64,000 nt of DNA from an uncultured Methanobrevibacter sp. GTDB taxonomy: Archaea > Methanobacteriota > Methanobacteria > Methanobacteriales > Methanobacteriaceae. The notes beneath the pieces were generated by a model. That model worked only from the letters and a program-made list of their open reading frames with translations. It searched no databases and was not told the origin of the DNA. Below, piece by piece: positions 34,828 through 45,157 of the stretch. Position 1 is the stretch's first letter, and each line of letters opens with the position of its first letter. The stretch lies in assembly GCA_947628455.1 (NCBI GenBank), contig CANQZY010000001.1, positions 20,613 to 84,612 of the forward strand. The letters are read 5' to 3'. The translations under genes were made by a program, and so were the position numbers.

Positions 34828-35855
34828 TAACTACCATCTCTACGTAAAGCTCTAGTTAATTTCCAAGAATTAGAATCTCTCAAATTGTTAATTTTATTAT
34901 CTAAATTATCACGAATATCATTTAAATCCAAACACTGACTTTGAAGAGAACAAATATCATTTAAAATTAATAAAATCTCTTCTTTTGAAAATTCATTAGA
35001 TTCATCTATATTATCAAACTTATCAATAATTTTTTGGGATGTAATATAATCATTGATAATGTTATTATGTTGAAAATTATCCGAATCTACTGTCCAATAA
35101 TCATTAATCCAAATAAATTCTTTAGCTACAGAAGGATGAAAATTATTTTTCCACATTAAATAAGTTAAACTAAGCTGATCCTGATTAGAAAAATTAACAA
35201 TTTCCTCCCACCACTGATTCATTAAATTCACAACTTTGGAATCATTATGTTTTCTAAAAATAACACCTAATGAGGGAAGACCATAATTTTCAGGCATTCC
35301 ACCTTTTTTATAATAATCTATCTGTTTATAAATTAAATATTTAGAATACCTTGGAAATTGAATAGAACTTTCTGCTTCACTAAAAATACAATCTCTTTCA
35401 GGATGGACCACTAAAAGCATTGAGGAGTTAATATATTTATAAATATATTCCCTTATACTTCCAATTATTTTAAAAGTACCATCTATCCAAAAACTATAAT
35501 CATAATCTGGAAGATATTGATTTGGAAAAACTTTATATCGTTTAGCCTTACGATTATTATCTAATAAAGAATCATCCATTAATTTAATATTCCAAATATC
35601 CGATTCTAAATCTTGATTATCTGTAAAACAAATATAATCACAATTATCATCGATAAAATCAGGTTCTTTCAATTGATCATAGTTACCTGTAAAAGCTGTA
35701 TAAATAGCTATTTTACTAGATTTTATATCATTAATCATATCTTTATCGGGAATTATTGGATAATTAAAAAGTTTACTTAAGATTAAACTATCTACATTCC
35801 TATCATATATTTTTCTTGAAACTTCAAAAGGATTAATATTTCCAGTCATAATCAA
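34827..35855 (-). CDS. DUF616 (TOD1/MUCI70-like) putative glycosyltransferase with C-terminal coiled coil
   Basis: IYTAFTGNYD, YICFTD, SFWIDG, HPERDCI, DQLS; ends in a heptad-like helix and SNSWKLTRALR. Confidence 0.78.
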   Translation of the reverse strand: MIMTGNINPFEVSRKIYDRNVDSLILSKLFNYPIIPDKDMINDIKSSKIAIYTAFTGNYDQLKEPDFIDDNCDYICFTDNQDLESDIWNIKLMDDSLLDNNRKAKRYKVFPNQYLPDYDYSFWIDGTFKIIGSIREYIYKYINSSMLLVVHPERDCIFSEAESSIQFPRYSKYLIYKQIDYYKKGGMPENYGLPSLGVIFRKHNDSKVVNLMNQWWEEIVNFSNQDQLSLTYLMWKNNFHPSVAKEFIWINDYWTVDSDNFQHNNIINDYITSQKIIDKFDNIDESNEFSKEEILLILNDICSLQSQCLDLNDIRDNLDNKINNLRDSNSWKLTRALRRDGS

Positions 35856-36255
35856 TCATTTACATATTTATTATATAATTTAAATAATATTTTTAAATTT
35901 ATATATAATCTATTAATTTTCGACAATATGGATTATTTAATTTATCTTAGTAATACTTATAACAATTACATTAAAATAAAATAATAAATTATATTGTTGT
36001 TTTTTTTTGAAAAAATTATAAGTTTCTTAAGTAATATACCATATAAACATTAAAAATAAAAATTCTAATAATTTATAACTATTAAAGAATAAAAAGTGAA
36101 ATTAAAAAATTATTATCTAAATCTATGGAATTATTTTCTAGATATAATATCAAATAATAGTTTATTAATTTTATTTTTAAATTTTATATTAAATATTATT
36201 TAAAAAAAGTTTAAGATATAATCTTTAGATTAACTTGTTTTAAATAATTTTCATT

Positions 36256-36846
36256 TTATAGTAATATATGTACTGCTTCAAACATTGATTGAAGACCTAA
36301 TATGAAAATTGCAAGGCCTCCTATAAATGTTATGTGGTTTGCATATTTAATAGCAATTTTTGTGCCATAAGTACCAATAAATAACCACATTATAACAAAA
36401 AGCAGGCTTAATATCATAACTATTACAGGGTTAAGGCCATCTACAACACTTTGGGATGCTAAAATTAAGTTTTCAATGTTTCCGAGTAATAATAAACCTA
36501 TAAAATCTCTAAATTCTCCTCCAGAACTATTTTTATTTTCACCATATTCATCAATGATCTCTTCTTCTTCTTTAACATCTTTTCTAGAATCTACCATTGC
36601 TTGAATACCTAAAACAAAAATAGCTAATCCTCCAATAAATTCAATAATATCAGAATATTGGATAGCGATTTGTGTACCAAATGTACCGATTAAAAGCCAC
36701 ATTATTACAAATAAAATTGAGAGTAACCCTAATCTTTTAGGTTTTACACCAGCAACTACTCCTTGTGATGCAAGGACTAGGTTCTCAATGTTACCAAATA
36801 TCAATAAACCCAATAATGGTACATATGCTGTTAAAAATTCTAACAT
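36256..36846 (-). CDS. Small internally duplicated membrane protein (possibly MntP/YtaF-like, LysE superfamily)
   Basis: Two homologous ~3-TM halves (GNIENL.LASQ...VIMWL.IGT.GT.IAI.Y...FIGGLAIF.LG.Q.M) with an acidic linker. Likely start ATG 36846 after GGTGGT; the track gives 36984. Confidence 0.65.
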   Translation of the reverse strand: MLEFLTAYVPLLGLLIFGNIENLVLASQGVVAGVKPKRLGLLSILFVIMWLLIGTFGTQIAIQYSDIIEFIGGLAIFVLGIQAMVDSRKDVKEEEEIIDEYGENKNSSGGEFRDFIGLLLLGNIENLILASQSVVDGLNPVIVMILSLLFVIMWLFIGTYGTKIAIKYANHITFIGGLAIFILGLQSMFEAVHILL

Positions 36847-36991
36847 TAAACCACCATTTTCATCTAAATTTGAACATGCTGGAAAACTACTTCCATTATA
36901 TGCAATACTAACTATTAATAACTTAAAGTATATAAAGATTAATATAATATTATAGAAAATAGTAGAATTAAAAATCAGTGCCACAATTCAA

Positions 36992-38515
36992 TTAAACATT
37001 ATCATATAAGTTAGATAATATATTATCCCATTGTTTAACCCTATATTTCAATAAATAGTTATTAATAACTGTTTTAGAAGCATTTTTTTGCAATTTTTTA
37101 CGAAGTTCACTATCATTAATCAAACTTTCAATTTTTAAAAACCAATCTTTTTCACTTTCTGCCAACAAACCATTATATCCATCTTTAACGACAGAATTAT
37201 AGACATTGACATTACTATAAACTCCTGGAATACCCATTGCAGTAAGCTCAATAAATTTTAATTCACTTTTACAACTATTAAATTCAGAATTCTCTAATGG
37301 CACCAAACCAATATCCCAATTAACATAATTATAAAACCATTTCATGAAAAATTCAAAATTATCATGATTATCTGGAAGTGTAACCAAATTATACCAATCA
37401 TCTTCAATATAATCTTCCTGATTAAAACCACCAACAATTTCAAAGTCAAAATCATATTTCTTTTTCAATTGCTTAATAACATTTTTTAATAGAGCTATAT
37501 CTTTAGAATGGGTAAGTGTTCCATAATAACCTATTTTTATTTTATCATTATTATTAATATTATTTTTAATATCTAAAAAGTCAACTAAATAATTTTTAAT
37601 AATTTCAATATTTTTATTATTAAATTTAGAAGCTAATGTTGGAGTAGATACTGTAATAACATCGGCATTTTCTATAAAATTTTCGGTGGAAGATCTATAT
37701 TTCTTAACATAATTAAAAGAAGGGCTATTAGACTCAACACCTAACATATCATCATCAGTTTCATAAACAATTTTAATATCTTGTTGTTTGGCTTTTTTTA
37801 AAAGAATATCTAAAAATGGGAGAATTCTTTGAACTATAATAATATCGAACTGTTTTTCTTTTAATATATTAGGTAAATCCATTAAAGGATATTCATCAGT
37901 TCCATAAAAGAAAAAAGTATATTTATCACTTTTAGATAATTCCTTTAGAGGGCAATAAATTCTAATATATGGGCAGGAAGATAACATGTTAAGGGGATCT
38001 TTTATAAAAACTCCTACTCTTATTTTTAAATTATTAAAATGTTTATTCGATTCAATATATGGAATTGTAGTTTTACTATCTGTTATAATATTAAAATTAT
38101 CAATATCTGACTGAATTTTAATATTTTGATGTTTATAAAATTGTTTTGAAATATTTTCTTCTAATGTATCAATATAATTATCATCTAAAGGATTTATTAA
38201 GTTCTCTTTAAAAAAACCATTTAAAACATAATCCATAATAGGATCAACAGATTCATAATTATCTTTATAAAAATCAATATCAAATAAAGAATTTACATAA
38301 GATTTTTCACTGTCTTTATATCCGTAGTACATATAATGAAGAATAGGATCTAACTTTTCTTTTTCACAAATAGTATGAGTTTTTAAATATTTTTGTGGAT
38401 TTATAAGACCTAATGATTTAATTCTTTCAAAAGCCTTTTTATTTTTCATATACTTCGAAATATTGCCTTTAGATTTAATAGCTATAAATAAATTAGAATG
38501 TTGTTTGATCCCCAT
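36992..38515 (-). CDS. GT4-like (GT-B) glycosyltransferase with N-terminal repeat module
   Basis: DPILHY module; IIVQR, YETDD, IGYYGTLTH, WDIGLVPL, KSELKFIE. Confidence 0.83.
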   Translation of the reverse strand: MGIKQHSNLFIAIKSKGNISKYMKNKKAFERIKSLGLINPQKYLKTHTICEKEKLDPILHYMYYGYKDSEKSYVNSLFDIDFYKDNYESVDPIMDYVLNGFFKENLINPLDDNYIDTLEENISKQFYKHQNIKIQSDIDNFNIITDSKTTIPYIESNKHFNNLKIRVGVFIKDPLNMLSSCPYIRIYCPLKELSKSDKYTFFFYGTDEYPLMDLPNILKEKQFDIIIVQRILPFLDILLKKAKQQDIKIVYETDDDMLGVESNSPSFNYVKKYRSSTENFIENADVITVSTPTLASKFNNKNIEIIKNYLVDFLDIKNNINNNDKIKIGYYGTLTHSKDIALLKNVIKQLKKKYDFDFEIVGGFNQEDYIEDDWYNLVTLPDNHDNFEFFMKWFYNYVNWDIGLVPLENSEFNSCKSELKFIELTAMGIPGVYSNVNVYNSVVKDGYNGLLAESEKDWFLKIESLINDSELRKKLQKNASKTVINNYLLKYRVKQWDNILSNLYDNV

Positions 38516-38555
38516 AATTTAATTTTATATAATATCATTTTATAAAATATTATTT

Positions 38556-39602
38556 ATGTCATATAAAGTAACTGTAATAATTCCATCTTATAACAGTGAA
38601 GATTTTTTAAATGAAACTATTGATTCAATTATGAATCAAACTATAGGATTCGAAAATATAGAGCTTATTATAGTTGATGATTTATCAAAAGATGCCACAA
38701 AAGATATTATCAATAATTATACAAAAAAATATGATAATATTAAAACTTATGAAAATACCAAAAAGACAGGGACTCCTGGAAGAGCGCGTAATATAGCTTT
38801 ATCTAAATCTGAATCAGATTATATAATGTTTATTGATCATGATGATAAATATCTTCCTAATACAATTGAAAATTTGTATAATGCGATTACAAGAAATTCT
38901 GCTGATGTAGCTATTGGAAAATTTCAAAATTTTGGTGAAAATAATATAACTACTGAAGGATGGATAACAGAAGATGTTATTTTAAATTCAATTGATGAAA
39001 ATAAATTATTTTTTTCAATTAATGGGATTTGGAGGATGATTTTCCCAAAGAAATTTCTTAATAAAAATAACATACGATTTCCAGAAGGAGTTTTTGCAGA
39101 AGATTTGGCTTTTATGATTGATGTTTTTATAAACGCGTCAAAAATTATTTTCATAAATGAAGTTGTTTATAATTTCAGATTAAGAACTGGTAATAATAGT
39201 TCAACAAGTTTATCTAAAGGAATGCATTACTTAAATGGATTAATTGAAGGATATGAAGATGTTTTATATGTTCTCGAAAAAAATAATGCAATGAAATATT
39301 ATGACACTATTTTTAATCAACATTTATCCTGTTGGTTGAGTGATGTTTGTTTAAGTCAAAATATTGATTTTGAAACTAAAAAAGATCTCATTAAAAAATC
39401 TATTCCATTATTTAATAAAATAAAAGATATACAACCATTTCCTGAAAATGAAGATATTAAAAATATGATTATCAATATAAATAAAAATAATTTAAAATCT
39501 GTTTATAGGCAAATGAAAAAATATAAAAATAAAAACAAAAATAATATTCGAAAACAGCGATTTAAAAATAAAATTAAATCTTTAAAAAATCGTTTTAATT
39601 AA
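38556..39602 (+). CDS. GT2 glycosyltransferase, TarS/TarP-like paralog
   Basis: VIIPSYNS, QTIGFENIE, TGTPGRARN, FIDHDD, FAED; Lys-rich tail. Confidence 0.85.
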   Translation: MSYKVTVIIPSYNSEDFLNETIDSIMNQTIGFENIELIIVDDLSKDATKDIINNYTKKYDNIKTYENTKKTGTPGRARNIALSKSESDYIMFIDHDDKYLPNTIENLYNAITRNSADVAIGKFQNFGENNITTEGWITEDVILNSIDENKLFFSINGIWRMIFPKKFLNKNNIRFPEGVFAEDLAFMIDVFINASKIIFINEVVYNFRLRTGNNSSTSLSKGMHYLNGLIEGYEDVLYVLEKNNAMKYYDTIFNQHLSCWLSDVCLSQNIDFETKKDLIKKSIPLFNKIKDIQPFPENEDIKNMIININKNNLKSVYRQMKKYKNKNKNNIRKQRFKNKIKSLKNRFN

Positions 39603-42123
39603 CTAATTGTTCAAATAGCTCATCCCATTGTTTAACTCGTGAATTTAAATTATAATTTTTCAAAATATTTTCTCGAGCATTATTAACCATTCCATATCTA
39701 AAAGAATCATCCTCAATTAATTTAGATATTTTATTAATCCAATCTGTTTGATTTTTAGCTAAAAATCCATTGAATCTATCTATAATAACTTCTCTATAAC
39801 CTTCAATATCACTAGCTACTGTTGGAATTCCAAGAGTTGTATATTCAATATATTTTAATTCACTTTTACATCTGTTGAAATCATTATTGACTAATGGGGC
39901 TATTCCAATATCCCAATCTATTTGAGAAACTAACCATTTCATAAATGTAGAAGAAGACATAGGATAATAAGGTAATTTCTTAATTGTATACCAATCACTT
40001 TCACTTCCTGCTACTCCAATAACTTCAAATTTAACATTATATTTCTTTATAAGTTCTTTCATGGGATTTTCAATTAATTTTAAATCTTGTGAATGTGTGA
40101 AAGTTCCAAAATAACCTATTTTTATATTTTTATCAGATTTAAATGGTTTTAAACTTTCTACATTGTTTAATTGATAATTTCTAATAATTTTAACTTTTTT
40201 ACCCATTTCTTTAAATTTATTAGCTATTTGTGTTGTACTTGTAGTTACTACATCAGCATTATCAATAGATTTAATAATTCCGGGTTTAAGTCTTTGCATT
40301 TCATTATAAGCATTATTATCCTTTTTAATATTTAATAAAAAATCATCTGTTTCGTAGATAATTTTAATTTTTAATTTTTTTGCTCTTTTTAATATTTCCG
40401 TAGCATAAGGATTAGATCTTTGAATAACTACAACATCAAAAATTTTTTTATTTATTATTGAATTCATATCAATTTGTGGAAGTAATTCTTTACCATAAAC
40501 AAAAAAATGATAGTTATTTGATTTTGAAAGCTCTTTAAATGGAGTATGGATTCTTATAAAAGGACAAGCATTCATATTATCAAAAGAATCTTCTAAAAAT
40601 ACACCTACTTTAATTGAATCTGTATCATACAATTCATTTCCCTCAATATAAGGAATTAAAATATCACTATTTGTAATATATCTATTAGAATTAATTTCAT
40701 TTCTAATTTTAGATATAATATAATTATTATATTGAGTGTCAATATCCTCATTAAAGTTTTTAACAAACCCTTCTTTTTTAGGATTAATTTCTAAATTATC
40801 AACAAATCTTTTAGATGCATAATGAATAAGCGGATCTTCATCCATTAATTCGTTAGAACTAATATAATAAAATAAATCAAATAAAGGATTTATATAACTA
40901 TACTTCTCATCGATAGTATCATTAACACTTCCATTTTTAATATAATCTAACACTACTTCATTTGGACGTATTGTAGGATGTAATTTAAGATATTTATCAG
41001 AATTTATTAAATTTAAATTTTTAATAACCTTATAAGCATCTTTTTGATTATTATTTAGTTTATATAAATCATGTCTATACTTAATATTGTTAAATACTTC
41101 TTCAACAATTCTTAAAGGTTTAGTCACTTTAAGAGAATTTGAAGATAATAATTTTTCATATTCACTATTAAGAAAATCAATATTATTAATTGTATCTTGC
41201 CTATATCCTTTCATTGCTTTAAAATTATTAATTAACAAATAAGTTTCCTCTCGAGATAACTCTATCTTATCATTTAAATCCATTTCATTTAATCTAGTTA
41301 ATAATTTTCTTTTAAAGTTATTAATTGTTAGAGGTGTTTTAAATATTTCATTATGATGATAATATCCTTCTTCTTTACTCCAATACTCATTATTCCAATA
41401 ATATATTAAACTAACAGATGGATGAAAATCTTGTTTCCATGCCACATATGCAAAACTAAGTTGATCTTGATTAGAAAATTTTATTATCTCATCCCACCAC
41501 CCATTCATTAAATTAATAATATCCTCATCATTATGTTTTCTAAAAATAGCCCCCATAACAGCCAAACCATAATTAGCAGGGAATCCCTCTTTTTTATAAG
41601 AAGTAACTTGTTCCTTCATTACAGCACTAGGATAACGTGGGATTTTTTTGGAAATATTATATTCTTTATAAATACAATCTCTCTCTGTATGAATCACAGT
41701 TAACATATTAGAGTTTTTTTTAAGGTTATTATAAATATATTGTCTTATACTTCCTTTAATTTTAAAAGTACTATCCAACCAGAAACTATACTTATATTCT
41801 GAAAGGAATTTATTTGGAAAAATTTTATATTGCTTCGCTTTACGATTATTATCCAAAAAACTATCTTCCATTTTACGAATTTCCCAAAAATCAGATTTTA
41901 AATCATCCCTATCTGTAAAACAAATATAATCACAATTTTCATCAATAAATTCCGGTTCTTTAAGTTCATCATAATTTCCTGTAAAAGCTGTGTAAATAAC
42001 TATTTTATTATTTTTAATATCCTCAATCATCTCTTCATTAAGCTCGTTAGAATTATTAAATAAAGGCCTATCAATATTATCTTTGGCAACTTCTTTATAT
42101 GTCTTATATATCTCCTCATACAT
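39595..42123 (-). CDS. Bifunctional DUF616 + GT4-like glycosyltransferase
   Basis: N-terminal half is paralogous to 34827-35855 and C-terminal half to 36992-38515; linked by SSNSLKVTKPLR and a repeat module. Confidence 0.83.
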   Translation of the reverse strand: MYEEIYKTYKEVAKDNIDRPLFNNSNELNEEMIEDIKNNKIVIYTAFTGNYDELKEPEFIDENCDYICFTDRDDLKSDFWEIRKMEDSFLDNNRKAKQYKIFPNKFLSEYKYSFWLDSTFKIKGSIRQYIYNNLKKNSNMLTVIHTERDCIYKEYNISKKIPRYPSAVMKEQVTSYKKEGFPANYGLAVMGAIFRKHNDEDIINLMNGWWDEIIKFSNQDQLSFAYVAWKQDFHPSVSLIYYWNNEYWSKEEGYYHHNEIFKTPLTINNFKRKLLTRLNEMDLNDKIELSREETYLLINNFKAMKGYRQDTINNIDFLNSEYEKLLSSNSLKVTKPLRIVEEVFNNIKYRHDLYKLNNNQKDAYKVIKNLNLINSDKYLKLHPTIRPNEVVLDYIKNGSVNDTIDEKYSYINPLFDLFYYISSNELMDEDPLIHYASKRFVDNLEINPKKEGFVKNFNEDIDTQYNNYIISKIRNEINSNRYITNSDILIPYIEGNELYDTDSIKVGVFLEDSFDNMNACPFIRIHTPFKELSKSNNYHFFVYGKELLPQIDMNSIINKKIFDVVVIQRSNPYATEILKRAKKLKIKIIYETDDFLLNIKKDNNAYNEMQRLKPGIIKSIDNADVVTTSTTQIANKFKEMGKKVKIIRNYQLNNVESLKPFKSDKNIKIGYFGTFTHSQDLKLIENPMKELIKKYNVKFEVIGVAGSESDWYTIKKLPYYPMSSSTFMKWLVSQIDWDIGIAPLVNNDFNRCKSELKYIEYTTLGIPTVASDIEGYREVIIDRFNGFLAKNQTDWINKISKLIEDDSFRYGMVNNARENILKNYNLNSRVKQWDELFEQLVN

Positions 42124-42143
42124 ACAATCACTAACAATACTAT

Positions 42144-43646
42144 TTAAACCATACCTTCAAGAATTTTCATGATTTTATTTTCATCTTCTAAAACAAAATC
42201 ATAATCATCATTACATTTATTAGAAACTAATATTTTAATTAAATTTTTTCTTGCAAAAGTTTTCGAAATTTCATAATTATCATTAAAAGATATAACAACA
42301 TCACAATTAGAACCCAAATATAAATCAGATAAATCTGTTATAACTTTTATATTATATTTTTTATTCAAATATTTAACAAAATCTTCATTAAGCTTTCCAT
42401 TAGCTATTATTGTAAAAAATAATTTTTTATCTGTAAAAAAATTATTTTGTTTTAATTTATCATTCAATAAATTTTTAAATAATTTATTCTTCCATTTATT
42501 ATAAAAATACATTATATTTTCATGATTGAGACGATTTTTTTCGTCAATATTCTCTTTTCTAGTTACAGATTCATGATGAAATAATAATGCTTGAGGATTG
42601 TAAATTGTTTTATAACCTTTTTCATTCATTTTAAGAGCAAAATCAACATCTTCATAGCCATAGACATAATTTTCATCAAAACCATTAAGTTGTTTAAACA
42701 CCATTTTATCAACTAAAAGACAAGCTGCTGTACATCCAATAACCTCTTTTTTAGTATTAACATTTTTATTAAAAATTAATTTATTAAACATTTCTTCATG
42801 ATAAGGCCCATAAACATATGGAGTTATTTCCTCCCTAAATTTAATACCGGCATGTTGAATAGAAAACGATCGGCTAGATTCTTCCATTTCAGGAAATAAT
42901 AATTTAGCTCCAACTGCTTTAATCTTTTCTTCTTGTTTTATTACACCTACCAACTCATTTAACCAACCATAAGTAGGTTCAATATCATTATTTAAAAATA
43001 ATAAAAATTCTCCACTAGCTATTCTCGAAGCTTCATTATTAGCTTTAGAAAAAGATTTATTTTCTTTATTCTCAATGATTTTAATAGGTAAATTTAAAGA
43101 TTTTACATAGTTAACTGAATCATCACTAGAATTATTATCAACAACTATAATTTCATAATTTGAATAATTAGTTTTTTTATCAAAATCATTAAATAATTGT
43201 TTTAAATAACCTAGACCATCTCTATTCAATATAATAATCGAAATAAGAGGCTCATTTTCAAATTTAAAATTATTTAACAAAAATTTATTAGTAGTTATTA
43301 TCTTATTTTTTTTAAGTTTTAAAGGATTAGTTTTATCAATATACTCTTCATTTTGATTATTAAGATAATGAATTAAATAATTTTCATTTAAATTTGGATG
43401 TTTCGTTAAATATTTTTCTTGATTAAAATAGTAACTTGGTAATTTACCTTCCTTATATCCATGAAAAAGATAATGAACTAAAGGATCCATCCCTGAATTT
43501 TTAACATCAGCGTAAGATTGAAGATAATAAGTAGAATCAAATAATCCTGATTCACTAATTTTATCATATGCTTTTTTATAATAACAAGCTTTTTTATAAT
43601 TAAATCTGGATTTTTTGAGTATTTCAAAAAAAGAAGTTTTACTCAT
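42144..43646 (-). CDS. GT2 glycosyltransferase with N-terminal repeat module
   Basis: FDSTYYLQSYADVKNSGMDPLVHY; PLISIIILN; LNNDIEP; GYEDVDF. Confidence 0.85.
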   Translation of the reverse strand: MSKTSFFEILKKSRFNYKKACYYKKAYDKISESGLFDSTYYLQSYADVKNSGMDPLVHYLFHGYKEGKLPSYYFNQEKYLTKHPNLNENYLIHYLNNQNEEYIDKTNPLKLKKNKIITTNKFLLNNFKFENEPLISIIILNRDGLGYLKQLFNDFDKKTNYSNYEIIVVDNNSSDDSVNYVKSLNLPIKIIENKENKSFSKANNEASRIASGEFLLFLNNDIEPTYGWLNELVGVIKQEEKIKAVGAKLLFPEMEESSRSFSIQHAGIKFREEITPYVYGPYHEEMFNKLIFNKNVNTKKEVIGCTAACLLVDKMVFKQLNGFDENYVYGYEDVDFALKMNEKGYKTIYNPQALLFHHESVTRKENIDEKNRLNHENIMYFYNKWKNKLFKNLLNDKLKQNNFFTDKKLFFTIIANGKLNEDFVKYLNKKYNIKVITDLSDLYLGSNCDVVISFNDNYEISKTFARKNLIKILVSNKCNDDYDFVLEDENKIMKILEGMV

Positions 43647-45157
43647 GTTATCGTAATTTTAGCTTTAATATTCTTTTTAAAATCTTCTAAAATATTTTCC
43701 TTTGATTTAAGAAAAATATCATAAAATTCTAATTGTTCATCCCATTTTTTATCATCATTCAAAATCCAGGCTATTTTTAAAGTATTTATTTTAGATTCTA
43801 CTTTTAACATATCATAATCTGGATTAAAAGATACTATAATGTCTACACCTACATCAAATTTTGTTTTATTTAAACCAAATAAATCCACATCATATTCTTT
43901 AGATAAAGTTTTAACAATCTCTTTTATGTCCACATCAGGATTTTCAATAATAGCTATTTTTAACTTATCTAATGTGTAAAATAAATTATTATCTAGTCTA
44001 TTTTCAATAATGTTTTTAAATAAATAATTTCCCCATCTTTTATTAAGTGTTTCTCTATTTTTTTTAATATTTCCTCTTAAATTATTATCTAATTTTCTCG
44101 TAGGGGATTCATGATGAATAACTAATGAATTAGGACAATATAATATTTTATAATTATTTTTATTTAATTTTAAGCAAAAATCAACGTCTTCATAACAATA
44201 ATAATAATTTTCATCTAATCCATTAAGTTTTTCATAAATTTCACGTGTTGTTAAAAAAACAGCTCCTGTAATTCCCACTACTTCTTTTAATTCATTAACA
44301 GAAGGATCCCACATATCCATTCCTTTATAAGCATTATCAGGTTTATAACAATCTATGGCATCAAAAAAGCTATCCCCTGCTGATTGTATGGTATATGAAT
44401 CATCACGATTATTTAAAAAATAAGGATAAATCAATTTCGGACCAACACCACCAACATTTTCATTATTCAATAATGTTCCAACCAATTCATTTAACCAACC
44501 ATATGTAGTTTCAACATCATTATTCATTAATAAAATTAAATCACCATTAGATTTTTTTACTCCTTCATTATTAGCCTCTGAAAAAGATTTATTTCTGGAA
44601 TTTTCTATTACTTTAATGGGTAAATCAAGAGACCTTAAATAGGTAACAGACTCATCAGTAGAATTATTATCAACAACTATAATTTCATAATTATCATAAT
44701 TTGTATTTTCCTTAAAATCTCTAAATAAAAGTTTTAAATGATCTAAACCATTTTTATTTAAAATAATAATCGATACTAAAGGCTCTTTATTAAATTTAAA
44801 ATTAGTAAGATTATTTCTATTTTTATCTTTAATTTTATTTAACCATACATATTTATCAAGTTTATAACTATCCCTATTATTGTTTAATGAATCTAAAATT
44901 GGATTTTTATCAATAGAATCAGGATTATTTTTTAAATATTTAAACGTATCAAAATTAAAGCTAGGAATATTTTGCTCTCTTACTCCATAGAACATATAAT
45001 GAACAAGAGGATCCATTCCATTACAATCATAATTATTTTGATAAAATATTTCATCAAAAAAATCAGAATTAGAAATAAAATTATAATTTTTTATATTTCT
45101 AAATAAATTAATTATTCCCCCTTGCCGTATTAAAGATAAAAATGTTTTAAATTTCAT
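43643..45157 (-). CDS. GT2 glycosyltransferase with N-terminal repeat module
   Basis: FDEIFY..GMDPLVHY; PLVSIIILN; MNNDVE; YEDVDFCL. Confidence 0.85.
   Translation of the reverse strand: MKFKTFLSLIRQGGIINLFRNIKNYNFISNSDFFDEIFYQNNYDCNGMDPLVHYMFYGVREQNIPSFNFDTFKYLKNNPDSIDKNPILDSLNNNRDSYKLDKYVWLNKIKDKNRNNLTNFKFNKEPLVSIIILNKNGLDHLKLLFRDFKENTNYDNYEIIVVDNNSTDESVTYLRSLDLPIKVIENSRNKSFSEANNEGVKKSNGDLILLMNNDVETTYGWLNELVGTLLNNENVGGVGPKLIYPYFLNNRDDSYTIQSAGDSFFDAIDCYKPDNAYKGMDMWDPSVNELKEVVGITGAVFLTTREIYEKLNGLDENYYYCYEDVDFCLKLNKNNYKILYCPNSLVIHHESPTRKLDNNLRGNIKKNRETLNKRWGNYLFKNIIENRLDNNLFYTLDKLKIAIIENPDVDIKEIVKTLSKEYDVDLFGLNKTKFDVGVDIIVSFNPDYDMLKVESKINTLKIAWILNDDKKWDEQLEFYDIFLKSKENILEDFKKNIKAKITIT

Noticed and set aside
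35856-36255. 400-bp AT-rich spacer as ncRNA, CRISPR or MITE
   Set aside because: No GC-rich stems, regular repeats or terminal inverted repeats were seen.
36847-36984. yybP-ykoY or fluoride riboswitch upstream of the membrane protein
   Set aside because: Only a GGAAGTAG fragment and a 5-bp hairpin are present; the remaining consensus elements were not seen.
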